From: Terrimicrobiaceae bacterium | GTDB taxonomy: Bacteria; Verrucomicrobiota; Verrucomicrobiia; Chthoniobacterales; Terrimicrobiaceae | Direction of reading: 5' to 3' | Assembly (NCBI GenBank): GCA_033763515.1 | Contig: JANRKJ010000018.1 | Span: 67,379 to 131,378, forward strand | DNA length: 64,000 bases | In this document: one piece after another, positions 44,361 through 54,182 of the stretch | Position numbering within the stretch: the stretch's first letter is position 1 | Layout of the letters: every line of letters begins with the position of its first letter | The notes under the pieces: model-generated | What the model was told of the DNA's origin: nothing | What the model saw: only the letters and a program-made list of their open reading frames with translations | Database searches by the model: none | Program-made: the position numbers and the translations under genes

Positions 44361-44393
44361 AGGGCGTCCCCGGAAACCGGAGACGCCCCTTTG
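44361..44393. terminator. Bidirectional intrinsic terminator hairpin
   Basis: AGGGCGTC-CCCGG-AAA-CCGGA-GACGCCCT forms an 8-bp outer stem plus an inner CCGG stem. It is flanked by AAAAAGAA upstream and TTT downstream, and sits between convergent genes. Confidence 0.7.
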
Positions 44394-44409
44394 GGAAAGC
44401 GCGAATGAA

Positions 44410-44925
44410 TCAGGCTTTCGGTTTGAGCTTGAACGTGCGCTTGCCTTTCGGCCGCCCGGCACGCTTGGCCGGAGTCTTGGCCGGTTCGGCTTCCGCTTTC
44501 GGGGCCGAGCCGCCGGTGATCTTGTAAAGACCGGCATCAAGGCGCTTGATCCCCGGAATTTTCTTTCCGGTGCTGCTGAACCAAACATGGATGTTCTGGG
44601 CATTGATGCCGAGTTTGTCCGCGATGTCTTTGACACGGGCTCCGCTGTCACCCGCCGCGTGCAGGATCGAAAGGATCTGGTCCTTCAGGGCGCCGCGCTT
44701 GCCACGTTTGCCGCGTCCACGGCCCTTCGGGGCTTTGCCAGCCGGGGCTTTCGGGGCCTTGGCTGCTTTGGCAGATCCCGACGCCTTCGCCGGCGCGGCT
44801 CCGCCAAATGTCACGCTCGCGATTTCGCTTTCAATTGCCTGGATTTGCTTCAACAAAGCTTCCTTACGCTCGGAGAGGCTGAGAAGTTTGCGAAGAACAC
44901 TGCTGGTGATATGGGTAACGTCCAT
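44410..44925 (-). CDS. Small basic protein: coiled coil + Lys/Ala/Pro linker + winged-helix-like domain + AT-hook-like tail (putative nucleoid-associated/DNA-binding)
   Basis: 171 aa from ATG 44923-44925. Segments in order: LRKLLSLSERKEALLKQIQAIESEI, AKAPKAPAGKAPKGRGRGKRGKRG, ILSILHAAGDSGARVKDIADKLGINAQNIHVWF, and a C-terminal RAGRPKGKR. The upstream part of the 314-aa ORF looks non-coding. Confidence 0.6.
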   Translation of the reverse strand: MDVTHITSSVLRKLLSLSERKEALLKQIQAIESEIASVTFGGAAPAKASGSAKAAKAPKAPAGKAPKGRGRGKRGKRGALKDQILSILHAAGDSGARVKDIADKLGINAQNIHVWFSSTGKKIPGIKRLDAGLYKITGGSAPKAEAEPAKTPAKRAGRPKGKRTFKLKPKA

Positions 44926-44974
44926 TGGAAAACTTAGTGAGTCATGACATCTCCATGTTGGCAAGTGGTTTCTG

Positions 44975-45631
44975 ATGACTGAGGCAAACTTTGTTAAGGC
45001 AGGGAAATCCCCGATCCGGCCATCAGGCAACACGGTGCATGTCTGGAGAATCCGCTCTGCGGAGCCGTCGTGGATGAGCGAAGCGGAAGCAGCTGCAGCC
45101 GCACGAATTCCTGCTGCACCGGTGCAAAGCACCTTTGTTAAGTCGCGCGCCGGCCTCCGGCGGATCCTGGCCGGATATCTTGGCTGTGACCTGCATGATG
45201 TCGAAGTTGAGCGCCCCCTGAACGGCAAACCACGGCTTATGGACGGCGAGCTGTTTTTCAACGTTAGCCATTCGGGCTCGGAAATCTGTGCGGCATTCTC
45301 CGCGGCCGAGATCGGGATCGACATCGAGCGATCGGACAGAAGGGTGGACGCCATCGCGTTGGCGCACCGCTATTTTCTCCCTGAGGAGGCGTCGCGGATC
45401 TCCGCATCCGGCAATCCCCTCGCCGATTTTCTGCAAACCTGGGTTGTCAAAGAAGCCGCGGTCAAACTCTCCGGAGAGGGCCTTGCGACGGCGATCGGGG
45501 CGGTTCAAACGCTGGGCACAGTCCGCCTGCAGGGTCGCCCGATCGTTTGCGAACGATTCCGGTATGAGGGCGTTGTCGGCTGTATTGCTGCGTTCGAGGA
45601 TTTCGAAGTAAAAGGCTGGTTTGATCTGTAG
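44975..45631 (+). CDS. Sfp-type 4'-phosphopantetheinyl transferase
   Basis: NGKPRL, FFNVSHSG, GIDIE and WVVKEAAVKL are the classical PPTase motifs. Confidence 0.85.
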   Translation: MTEANFVKAGKSPIRPSGNTVHVWRIRSAEPSWMSEAEAAAAARIPAAPVQSTFVKSRAGLRRILAGYLGCDLHDVEVERPLNGKPRLMDGELFFNVSHSGSEICAAFSAAEIGIDIERSDRRVDAIALAHRYFLPEEASRISASGNPLADFLQTWVVKEAAVKLSGEGLATAIGAVQTLGTVRLQGRPIVCERFRYEGVVGCIAAFEDFEVKGWFDL

Positions 45632-45657
45632 AAGCTGATATCGGCTCGCACGAAGAT

Positions 45658-46881
45658 ATGTCATTTCAGAATCTCGGCCTCTCGGAATCCGTCCTCCACG
45701 GCGCGCAGCGCATGGGGTATTCGGATCCGACGCCGATCCAACTCCGGGCCATTCCCGTTATCCTTTCCGGCCGCGACCTCATTGCTTCCGCCCAGACCGG
45801 GACCGGGAAGACGGCGGCCTTTGCATTGCCGATTTTATCCAAGCTCGACCACCCCGAGCCACAAATCCGTTGCCTCGTGCTGGAGCCGACGCGGGAACTG
45901 GCGATGCAGGTCGAGACGGCCTTTCGTGACTACATGCGGTTCATGCATACGCATGTCGCGCTCATCCATGGTGGAGTGGGCTACGGGAAACAGAAGGAAG
46001 ACCTCGCGAGGAAAAGCGACGTCGTGGTGGCGACACCCGGCCGTCTGCTCGACCACATGCAGCAGGGGGCGGTGGATCTGACACGGCTCGAGTTTCTCGT
46101 GCTCGACGAAGTGGACCGCATGCTCGACATGGGCTTCTTGCCGGATGTGCGCCGGATCGTGGAGAAGTGCCCGGAAAAGCGCCAGACGCTCCTGTTTTCG
46201 GCAACGATTCCCGAGGAAATCGGCCGTCTCGCCTCGTGGTGCCTGAAGGATCCGGAACGCATTGAGATCGGAGCCCGGCGTTCACCGGCCGAAACAGTGA
46301 ATCACGCATTTTACCCGGTCGCCCTGGATCAAAAATTCGATCTGCTTCTCTCACTGCTTGAGCGGACAAACTTTGACAGCGTCCTGATCTTCTGCCGGAC
46401 GAAGGACGGCGCGGACCGAATCTCGCGACAGCTGAAATCCAAGAACCACTCGGTGGCCACGCTGCACTCGAATCGCACGCAGACCGAGCGGGTCGAAGCA
46501 CTCGAGGGCTTCAAAGGCGGGCGTTACGAAGTGCTGGTCGCGACTGACATCGCGGCGCGCGGAATTGATATTGCCGGCGTGAGCCACGTCATCAACTACG
46601 ACGTGCCGCAACATCCGGAAGACTATGTGCACCGGATCGGCCGCACCGGCCGCGCCCAGACCGTGGGAGATGCCTTCACGATCATGACCGCCGAAGAGCT
46701 TCCGCATGTCAAAGACATCGAGCGGTTCATCGGGCAGACGGTGCCGCGTCTGAAACTGGAAAACTTCCCTTACGTTTACACCGCGCTCTTCAACGAAACC
46801 GAAGCCGCCGCAGCTCTCAAAGCCGCCAAGGGCGTTCGCACCCACAAAGGCTACAAATTCGGCGCCCGCCGCAAACGCTGA
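45658..46881 (+). CDS. DEAD-box ATP-dependent RNA helicase (RhlE-like)
   Basis: Q-motif/PTPIQ, AQTGTGKT, motif II as VLDEVD (DEVD instead of DEAD), SAT, HRIGRTGR. Confidence 0.9.
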   Translation: MSFQNLGLSESVLHGAQRMGYSDPTPIQLRAIPVILSGRDLIASAQTGTGKTAAFALPILSKLDHPEPQIRCLVLEPTRELAMQVETAFRDYMRFMHTHVALIHGGVGYGKQKEDLARKSDVVVATPGRLLDHMQQGAVDLTRLEFLVLDEVDRMLDMGFLPDVRRIVEKCPEKRQTLLFSATIPEEIGRLASWCLKDPERIEIGARRSPAETVNHAFYPVALDQKFDLLLSLLERTNFDSVLIFCRTKDGADRISRQLKSKNHSVATLHSNRTQTERVEALEGFKGGRYEVLVATDIAARGIDIAGVSHVINYDVPQHPEDYVHRIGRTGRAQTVGDAFTIMTAEELPHVKDIERFIGQTVPRLKLENFPYVYTALFNETEAAAALKAAKGVRTHKGYKFGARRKR

Positions 46882-46892
46882 GGCGCCACGGC

Positions 46893-47990
46893 TCAGTAGA
46901 GCTCGACCGGCGAACGTTTGCCATCCTCCGGACTTCGGAGTGCGGCCGCTTCCTCGCCCAGAACCGCGACGCGGAGATCGTAAACCTCCGCGTCCACGCG
47001 GCGAAATTCGTCCTCGTCGAAAACAAAGGGCCGAGTCAGTCGCTTTTTGAAGCGCGAGACCGATTCGAGCGCCGGGCTGAGCCGCTCGCCGAGCGGGCGG
47101 ATGGCTTCCAAGGCGGCCGCAGCCATTTCGATGCGGTGACAAATCATGAGGAGGTCATTGCCGGCCTCGATGCCCATTCGCATCGTTTCTTCGAACCCGT
47201 AGTGGTTGAGAATCGCGCCCATGTCGAGATCGTCGGTCATGATCAACCCCTCGAATCCCATCTCGCGGCGGAGCAGATCCTTGATCAGAACCGGAGAAAG
47301 CGAGGCGGGCCGGTCGACGGGGTCCAGACCCGAGACCGAGATATGGCCGATCATCATGGAATCCACCCGCTTCGCGAACGCCCGAAAAACCGCCAGTTCA
47401 CCGGCTTCCATGAGTTCCCGCGAGCGCTCCAACCGCGGGAGTTCATGATGGGGATCGAGCGCGGCGGACGCGTAGCCCGGGAAATGCTTCCCGCAGGTCA
47501 GGATGCCCGCAGCCTGAAGCGCATCATTGAAGGCCCCGGCTTTTTCGATCACTTCGGGCACGGTCCGACCATAGCACCGTCCGCGCAGCGAATTGTCGGC
47601 TTCATCGTCAAACGAAAGGTCGAGCACGGGACAGAGGTCGAGGTTGAATCCGAAAGTCCGGAGGAGCCGGCCGGTGATGTCACCATGCCGGCGGATCAGG
47701 CCGATGTCGCCTTTGTCGCGAAGTTGCTGGGCGTTTGGGGGTTCGTTGCCGATGAGTTTCAACCGCGAAACGCGTCCGCCTTCCTGGTCGATCGTGACGA
47801 TCGGTTCGACATCGCTGAGATCGCGCAGGTCATCGATCAAGCAGCGCAACTGGGGCGGAGACTGGATGTTACGGCCGAACAAAATGAACCCACCCGGCTG
47901 GATCTCGCGGAAGCGGGCGGCGGTTTCCGAATCGAGAACGGGGCCGGGCACCCCGACGAGGAGAAGTTGACCTGGATGGTCGGATGGCAT
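46893..47990 (-). CDS. nagZ: Beta-N-acetylhexosaminidase (GH3 NagZ-type)
   Basis: IDQEGGRVSRL, CPVLDL, KHFPGYASAALDPHHELP, MIGHI, IMTDDLDMGA. ATG at 47988-47990. Confidence 0.88.
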   Translation of the reverse strand: MPSDHPGQLLLVGVPGPVLDSETAARFREIQPGGFILFGRNIQSPPQLRCLIDDLRDLSDVEPIVTIDQEGGRVSRLKLIGNEPPNAQQLRDKGDIGLIRRHGDITGRLLRTFGFNLDLCPVLDLSFDDEADNSLRGRCYGRTVPEVIEKAGAFNDALQAAGILTCGKHFPGYASAALDPHHELPRLERSRELMEAGELAVFRAFAKRVDSMMIGHISVSGLDPVDRPASLSPVLIKDLLRREMGFEGLIMTDDLDMGAILNHYGFEETMRMGIEAGNDLLMICHRIEMAAAALEAIRPLGERLSPALESVSRFKKRLTRPFVFDEDEFRRVDAEVYDLRVAVLGEEAAALRSPEDGKRSPVELY

Positions 47991-48031
47991 AATGGCCGAA
48001 GGGAAAACCAAATTTGGCCGGCACTGTCGAA

Positions 48032-48607
48032 ATGATTCCACCGCGGAAGATCGGGCTTTACGGAGGCAGCTTCGACCCGATCCACCACGGGCATTTGATC
48101 CTCGCCCGGACGGCCCGGGAAGAACTCGGGCTGGATCGCATCGTTTTTATTCCGGCCGGGATTTCTCCGCACAAACTGGATCGGCCGCCCGCGCCGGCGG
48201 CGATTCGGTGCGAAATGGTCGCGGCGGCGATCGCCGACGAACCCGGGTTCACGTGGAGCGACACGGAAATCCGGCGCGACGGACCGTCCTTCGCCATTGA
48301 TACCGTTCGCGAGTTCCGGTCCGCCGAGCATGGCGCCGAAATTTTCTACTTCATCGGCGAGGACAATCTTCCAGCGCTCGATACCTGGAAGGACATCGAG
48401 ATCCTCAAGACGCTCTGCCGGTTTGTCGTTCTGGCGCGGGGGATCGAGGAAGAGAACACCGGTGGCCTGCCGGTCATCCACCGGGTGATCGACATCTCAT
48501 CGACCGACATCCGGAATCGGGTTGCCACCGGTCGCCCGGTGCGTTATCTGCTGCCGGAATCGGTATGCGACATTCTCACCCGCGAACGCCTTTATCGGAA
48601 TGACTGA
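48032..48607 (+). CDS. nadD: Nicotinate-nucleotide adenylyltransferase
   Basis: IGLYGGSFDPIHHGHL, FIPAGISPHK, ISSTDIRNR. ATG at 48032, with a TTG alternative at 48014. Confidence 0.9.
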   Translation: MIPPRKIGLYGGSFDPIHHGHLILARTAREELGLDRIVFIPAGISPHKLDRPPAPAAIRCEMVAAAIADEPGFTWSDTEIRRDGPSFAIDTVREFRSAEHGAEIFYFIGEDNLPALDTWKDIEILKTLCRFVVLARGIEEENTGGLPVIHRVIDISSTDIRNRVATGRPVRYLLPESVCDILTRERLYRND

Positions 48608-48950
48608 TTCCGAATCACTCGCCCGAACCTGCGCTTCGGCGGCCCTCGACAAAAAGGCGGAGGATGTTGTCCTGCTCGATCTGCGCGACGTTTCGAGCTT
48701 CACGGATTTTTTTCTGATCTGCTCGGGGGGGTCGGAGCCGCAATTGAAGGCGATTTCCTCGTCGATTCGTGAGCGTGTGCGCGAGGCATTCACGCGGCGT
48801 CCACTGGCGGAGGACGGCTATCCGTTGAGCCAATGGGTGGTCCTCGATTACGGCGACGTGATCTGCCACCTGTTTCTGGGCGAAAAGCGCGAGTTCTACG
48901 ACTTGGAGAGTCTGTGGAGCGACGCCAAAAGAATCCCGATCGAGGATTGA
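48600..48950 (+). CDS. rsfS: Ribosome silencing factor RsfS (iojap-like)
   Basis: ALDKKAEDVVLLDLR, DFFLICSG, WVVLDYGDVICHLF, REFYDLESLW. It overlaps the nadD 3' end by 8 nt. Confidence 0.9.
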   Translation: MTDSESLARTCASAALDKKAEDVVLLDLRDVSSFTDFFLICSGGSEPQLKAISSSIRERVREAFTRRPLAEDGYPLSQWVVLDYGDVICHLFLGEKREFYDLESLWSDAKRIPIED

Positions 48951-48953
48951 GCC

Positions 48954-49139
48954 GTGGACCTCGTCGAAGACGTGGAAATCTCCTGCCCGCACTGTGGCGA
49001 GCTTTTTGCGATCTCCGTCGAGACCGCGTTCGCTGAATCGGAATTCATCGAAGACTGCGCGGTTTGCTGCCGGCCGATGCGGGTTTTTCTCCGGTGTCGG
49101 GGCGGCTTGGTCGATTCGGTCGAAACCTCGCCGGCCTGA
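48954..49139 (+). CDS. CPXCG motif cysteine-rich mini-protein (zinc-ribbon-like)
   Basis: 61 aa from a GTG start: ISCPHCGELF...EDCAVCCRPM matches the CPXCG family pattern. Confidence 0.7.
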   Translation: MDLVEDVEISCPHCGELFAISVETAFAESEFIEDCAVCCRPMRVFLRCRGGLVDSVETSPA

Positions 49140-49162
49140 GATCACTTGCAGAGGCCTCCGGA

Positions 49163-50020
49163 ATGGGTTTATTGGATTCCAAGATGTCGGCACTGAACGA
49201 CGCGCTGGCGAAATTGCTCCGCGACGATGATCCGGAGACCGTTCGCCTGGTAAAGAGACAATTGGCGGAATCCGGCGAGGACAGCCTGCCCCAACTTCGG
49301 CAGCTTTGCCGAATGGATGACGCGTCCGTCTCGTTCCACGCACGTGAAGTCATCGCCGAGATCACCGGGCGGTCGGCCGAGGAGGAATTTGCGCTGTTGT
49401 GTCACTTTTTCGGCGACGGACTCGACCTCGAGCAGGCTTGGTGGGCCCTGTCGCGGGCGCTCGAGCCGGATGTCTGCACGACCTCGTTCGAGAAAAAAAT
49501 CAATGCTTGGGGCCGCCAGTTCCTGGTCAAAATTTCCAGCGCTGTAAGCAATCGCGAGCGGGTCCGCCTGCTTTCGGAATTCATCTCGGGTGAACTCGAT
49601 TTCCGCGGCAACACCGAAAATTACTACTGCGTGCGAAATTCGGTGCTCCCGCAGGTCATCGAGACACGGACCGGGATTCCGATCACGTTGACCCTCCTCT
49701 ACATGATGATCGGAGCCCGGGCCGCGATGAAGATCGAGGGAATCAACCTTCCGGGGCACTTCGTCGCGCGGCACGGCGAGGTCTTTTTCGATCCGTTCCA
49801 CCGGGGAAGAATCCTGACCCGCTGCGACATCGAGCAGATCCTGCTTCGGCAGGGCATCGAATTGCGTGAGTGCCACCTGCGGCCGGCGACCCCGCGGCAG
49901 ATGCTCGTGCGAATGCTGGCGAACGTTCTCTATGTTTACGACATCACCGGCGACCGCGGCCGGCATGCCATGGTTCACGGTTGGATCCATGCCCTCGCCT
50001 GCGGCCGGCCGGGCGAATGA
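49163..50020 (+). CDS. SirB1/YchA-like transglutaminase-fold + TPR-like protein (UPF0162)
   Basis: GIPITLTLLYMMIGARAAMKIEGINLPGHFVAR...FFDPFHRG is the conserved SirB1 N-domain core. ATG at 49163. Confidence 0.7.
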   Translation: MGLLDSKMSALNDALAKLLRDDDPETVRLVKRQLAESGEDSLPQLRQLCRMDDASVSFHAREVIAEITGRSAEEEFALLCHFFGDGLDLEQAWWALSRALEPDVCTTSFEKKINAWGRQFLVKISSAVSNRERVRLLSEFISGELDFRGNTENYYCVRNSVLPQVIETRTGIPITLTLLYMMIGARAAMKIEGINLPGHFVARHGEVFFDPFHRGRILTRCDIEQILLRQGIELRECHLRPATPRQMLVRMLANVLYVYDITGDRGRHAMVHGWIHALACGRPGE

Positions 50021-51255
50021 TCGTTGAGGTTCTCAATACCGGTTCCGAACTGCTCCTCGGCGAGGTCGTCAATTCCCACGCCGCTTGGTTCGGAAAACAA
50101 CTCTTCCCGCTCGGACTCCGGATTTCCCGCCAAACAACCGTGCCCGATGGCGCGGCGATCCGAACTGCCTTGATCGAGTGCTTCCGCCGCGCCGATGTCG
50201 TTCTGGTGACCGGCGGATTGGGACCGACAACCGACGACATCACGCGCGAGGTGGCCGCCGAGTTGCTCGGACGCCGCCTGATCGCGGATGAAACGATCCG
50301 TCAACACATCGCGAACCGCCTGGCTGCGCGTGGGATTCCTCTCCGCGAACGCATGCTCCGGCAGACCATGGTGCCCGAGGGAGCCATCGTTCTGCCGAAC
50401 CAGAACGGGACGGCACCCGGCCTCTACCTGCCGGCGACGGAGGGCGTCAGTTCTTCGACTCCCCATCTTTTCCTCCTGCCCGGTCCGCCACGGGAACTCC
50501 ACCCGATGTTCAAGGAATCCGTCCTGCCGGTCCTCCGCCAGTTGGCCGGCGGGCTGCCCGCGCGGATTTGCCGGGTGTTTCGGGTGGTCGGCATCGGCGA
50601 AAGCGAAGTCGAGGAACGGGTTGGGCTCTCGCTGTCGAAAGACCACCGGTTCGAAGTCGGCTATTGCGCGAGGCCCAACGAGGTGGACTTTCGGCTCATT
50701 GCGACACCTGGAGATATCGAGGCCGTCGAACCCGCCATCCTCAAGGCTCTGGGCGATCACGTGGTGTCCCATTCCGGTGAGAATCTTGAGGCCTGGGTGG
50801 TCGGGAAACTGATCGAGTTGTCAAAATCCGTGACGACCGCCGAGTCCTGCACGGGCGGGCTCGTCGCCCACCGGATCACCAATGTTCCCGGAGCATCCGA
50901 AATTTTCCGCGAGGGATTTGTAACCTATTCGAATGCCGCGAAAGTGCGCCTGTTGGGTGTGCCCGAATCCCTGCTCGCCGAACACGGAGCGGTCAGCGAA
51001 CCGGTCGCCGCCTCGATGGCCGAGGGCGCTCTGGCCGCGGCCGGGGCTGACTTTGCCCTCTCCCTCACGGGCATCGCCGGTCCGGGCGGCGGATCGGATG
51101 CCAAACCGGTCGGGCTGGTCTTTTACGCGCTGGCTTCGCGGAACGCTCCAACGACCGTTCGACGCGGCATGTTCCCGACGGACCGCGAGACGTTCAAGCA
51201 ACTGGCTTCGCAAGCGGCACTCGACTTGCTTCGACGCGAGTTATTGCGCATCTGA
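50017..51255 (+). CDS. cinA: CinA family protein (MoCF-binding domain + nicotinamide-nucleotide amidohydrolase PncC domain)
   Basis: MIVEVLNTGSELLLGEVVNSH, VLVTGGLGPTTDDIT, TAESCTGG, GIAGPGGG. ATGA overlap at 50017-50020. Confidence 0.9.
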   Translation: MIVEVLNTGSELLLGEVVNSHAAWFGKQLFPLGLRISRQTTVPDGAAIRTALIECFRRADVVLVTGGLGPTTDDITREVAAELLGRRLIADETIRQHIANRLAARGIPLRERMLRQTMVPEGAIVLPNQNGTAPGLYLPATEGVSSSTPHLFLLPGPPRELHPMFKESVLPVLRQLAGGLPARICRVFRVVGIGESEVEERVGLSLSKDHRFEVGYCARPNEVDFRLIATPGDIEAVEPAILKALGDHVVSHSGENLEAWVVGKLIELSKSVTTAESCTGGLVAHRITNVPGASEIFREGFVTYSNAAKVRLLGVPESLLAEHGAVSEPVAASMAEGALAAAGADFALSLTGIAGPGGGSDAKPVGLVFYALASRNAPTTVRRGMFPTDRETFKQLASQAALDLLRRELLRI

Positions 51256-51302
51256 CCGATTCGCCGCTGGAAAAATCGTCGTCCGTCCGCGATGGTCCGC
51301 GG

Positions 51303-52295
51303 ATGCTCGCCTCCGACGAACTGAATCGCCCGGTCATGGAATTCGCGACGCGCGATTTCCCGCGCATCGATGAGTCGTTGACGACCGGTGAAGCCATCGA
51401 ATGCCTCCGCGGGCAGGCTCTGCGCGACAAGATTCTCTATTTCTACGTGACCGATTCCGACGGACGGCTGACCGGCGTGTTGCCGGCGCGTCGGCTCCTG
51501 ACCGACCCGGCGGACACCCGCGTCGCCGATGTTGTGATCCGGCGCGTTGTCGCCATTCCGACGCGGGCGACTTTGCTCGAAGCGTGTGAGTTTTTCGTTC
51601 TGCACAAATTCCTCGCGTTTCCGGTGGTCGACGAAGATCGCAAGATCGTCGGCATCGTCGACGTGAACGTCTTCACGGAGGAAGTCCTCGACATTGCCGA
51701 ACGCGAGCAGATGAGCGACCTTTTTCAATCGCTCGGCTTCCGCGTTTCCGAAGTGCGCAGCGCGTCCGCATGGAAAGGCTTCCGCCTGCGGTTTCCGTGG
51801 CTCCTCGCGACAATTGCCGGAGGAACGGTTTGCGCCCTCCTCTCCAGCGCGTTTGCAGAAACCATCGAACAGAAGATCGTCCTCGCATTTTTCATCACGC
51901 TCGTGCTCGGACTCGGTGAAAGCGTCAGCGCCCAATCGATAGCCGTCACCCTCCAGGCGATGCATCATTCGAAACCTTCACTCGCCTGGTTGTTGCAGGC
52001 CACGCGGAAGGAATTCCTCACAGCCCTCCTGCTCGGCGGTGCCTGCGGGTTCGTTGTCGGCAGCATCGTCGCCGTGTGGCACGGGGACGTCCCGGCGGCA
52101 CTCTCGATCGGTGCCAGCATCCTGCTCTCCATGGTCACCGCGTGTCTCCTCGGTGTCCTCATCCCGGCCGGAGCCCGGTTCCTGCGGCTCGATCCCCGCA
52201 TCGCCGCCGGGCCGCTGACCCTCGCCCTCGCCGACATCGGGACACTCCTCTTTTATTTTGGGCTCGCCAACTTCCTTCTGATCCCTACAACATAA
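51303..52295 (+). CDS. MgtE-like divalent cation transporter (CBS pair + MgtE membrane domain, no MgtE_N domain)
   Basis: The CBS-like segments include [15 protein letters not shown] and [15 protein letters not shown]. The TM domain follows with [11 protein letters not shown] and [10 protein letters not shown]. Confidence 0.75.
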   Translation: MLASDELNRPVMEFATRDFPRIDESLTTGEAIECLRGQALRDKILYFYVTDSDGRLTGVLPARRLLTDPADTRVADVVIRRVVAIPTRATLLEACEFFVLHKFLAFPVVDEDRKIVGIVDVNVFTEEVLDIAEREQMSDLFQSLGFRVSEVRSASAWKGFRLRFPWLLATIAGGTVCALLSSAFAETIEQKIVLAFFITLVLGLGESVSAQSIAVTLQAMHHSKPSLAWLLQATRKEFLTALLLGGACGFVVGSIVAVWHGDVPAALSIGASILLSMVTACLLGVLIPAGARFLRLDPRIAAGPLTLALADIGTLLFYFGLANFLLIPTT

Positions 52296-52317
52296 AAGGT
52301 TCTGTCAATTCTCCAAC

Positions 52318-54093
52318 ATGAAGACCAAACGATCCACCAAACCCTCCGCAAAGCCCGCTCCCGAGCGGGGCAAAGTGATGAACGGCGCGGAAATTCTCGT
52401 CGCCTGCCTCGAGCGCGAGGGTGTTGATGTTGTCTTCGCTTATCCCGGCGGTGCCTCGATGCCGATCCACCAGGCACTGACCAAGACCAAGAAGATTCGC
52501 ACCATTCTGCCCCGCCATGAACAGGGCGGCGTGTTTGCAGCGGAAGGGTACGCACGTGCCACGGGACGCGCCGGCGTTTGTATGGCGACCTCCGGCCCCG
52601 GGGCGACCAATCTGGTGACCGGCATCGCCGATGCCTACATGGATTCGATCCCGCTCGTCGCGATCACCGGCCAGGTCCCGCAGGACATGATCGGCCGCGG
52701 AGCCTTCCAGGAAACCGACGTGTTCGGAATGACGCTTCCGATGGTGAAGCACAGCTATCTCGTGTGGGACATCAATGAGATCCCGCGCATCGTGAAGGAA
52801 GCGTTCCACATCGCGGAATCCGGCCGTCCGGGTCCGGTGTTGATCGACATTCCGAAGAACATTCAAAACCAGACGACCCAGCCGATTTTCCCGTCATCGA
52901 TCAGCCTCCGCGGCTACTCGATCGACAAGAAGGCCGACGACGTGGCGCTGCATGAACTGATCGGCATGATCGGCCATGCGAAGAAGCCGATGATCTACTG
53001 CGGTGGCGGCGTGATCTCCGGCAATGCCTCGGCCGAGTTGCTGGAATTTGCGGAACGCACGCAGATCCCGGTGGCGACGACGCTCATGGGCATCGGTTCG
53101 TTTCCAGAAAACCACCCGCTTTCCCTCAAATGGCTCGGAATGCACGGCACCGTGTATGCGAACAATGCGGTGAACGAAGCCGATCTTCTACTCGCCATCG
53201 GCGTGCGCTTTGACGACCGCGTGACCGGCAAGGTGGAGAAGTTCTGTGAACACGGGGTGATCGTCCACATCGACATCGACAACTCCGAGATCAACAAGAA
53301 CAAGATGGTGCGGCTGCCCATCCTGAGCGATCTCAAGTATGCCCTCGGTCGTTTGAACAAATTCCTCGAGCAGGCCGGCCACCGGAGAAATCCCAAGAAC
53401 CACGGCCGATTTGGCGATTGGTACCGGCAAATCGAGACGTGGAAGACAAAGTTCCCGCTGTCGTTCAAGGACACGCCGGACGCGATCCAGCCGCAGCACG
53501 TCATTCAGCTCCTGCATGAAATGACCAAGGGCGACGCAATCATCACGACCGGTGTCGGCCAGCACCAAATGTGGGCCGGACAATTCTATGACTTCGCCAA
53601 GCCGCGGACGTTCATCACGTCGGCCGGGCTGGGAGCGATGGGCTTTGGTTATCCGGCTGCGATGGGTGCGAAAGTCGCCCGCCCGGACAAGCAGGTCATC
53701 GATATCGACGGCGACGGTTCGTTCCTGATGAACATCCAGGAATTGGCCACCGCCCACATCGAAGGCATCGCCGCGAAGGCGATCATCCTCAACAACCAGC
53801 ACCTCGGAATGGTGGTGCAGTGGGAAGACCGCTTCCATGGCGGCAACCGCGCCCACACGTTCCTCGGCGATCCGAAGGACACCAACCGGATCTACCCGGA
53901 CTATGTCCAGTTGTGCAAAGGCTTCGGCGTGACCTGCGAACGCGTGATCCACAAGAAAGACCTGCCCGCCGCGATCAAGCGCATGCTTGATTCCAAGGAA
54001 GTCTACGTTCTCGACGTGATGACCCCCTACACCGAGCACGTGCTGCCGATGATTCCGTCCGGCAAAACGTACAAGGACATCATCACCGAATAA
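52318..54093 (+). CDS. ilvB: Acetolactate synthase (AHAS) large catalytic subunit
   Basis: [77 protein letters not shown]...NNQHLGMV. No ilvN follows it. Confidence 0.93.
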   Translation: MKTKRSTKPSAKPAPERGKVMNGAEILVACLEREGVDVVFAYPGGASMPIHQALTKTKKIRTILPRHEQGGVFAAEGYARATGRAGVCMATSGPGATNLVTGIADAYMDSIPLVAITGQVPQDMIGRGAFQETDVFGMTLPMVKHSYLVWDINEIPRIVKEAFHIAESGRPGPVLIDIPKNIQNQTTQPIFPSSISLRGYSIDKKADDVALHELIGMIGHAKKPMIYCGGGVISGNASAELLEFAERTQIPVATTLMGIGSFPENHPLSLKWLGMHGTVYANNAVNEADLLLAIGVRFDDRVTGKVEKFCEHGVIVHIDIDNSEINKNKMVRLPILSDLKYALGRLNKFLEQAGHRRNPKNHGRFGDWYRQIETWKTKFPLSFKDTPDAIQPQHVIQLLHEMTKGDAIITTGVGQHQMWAGQFYDFAKPRTFITSAGLGAMGFGYPAAMGAKVARPDKQVIDIDGDGSFLMNIQELATAHIEGIAAKAIILNNQHLGMVVQWEDRFHGGNRAHTFLGDPKDTNRIYPDYVQLCKGFGVTCERVIHKKDLPAAIKRMLDSKEVYVLDVMTPYTEHVLPMIPSGKTYKDIITE

Positions 54094-54110
54094 TCCGCCA
54101 ACTCTTCAAG

Positions 54111-54149
54111 CCGCCGGGTTCGTCCATCGGACCCGGCGGTTTTCTTTTT
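54111..54149 (+). terminator. Rho-independent terminator after ilvB
   Basis: CCGCCGGGT (54111-54119), an 11-nt loop, ACCCGGCGG (54131-54139), then TTTTCTTTTT. Confidence 0.8.
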
Positions 54150-54182
54150 GCCCAACGACCGCCGTCGAGAAACACGGCGGCT

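Noticed and set aside
51256-51302. M-box or other riboswitch ahead of the MgtE-like gene
   Set aside because: The spacer after cinA is only 47 nt, too short for an M-box, and no conserved elements are recognisable.
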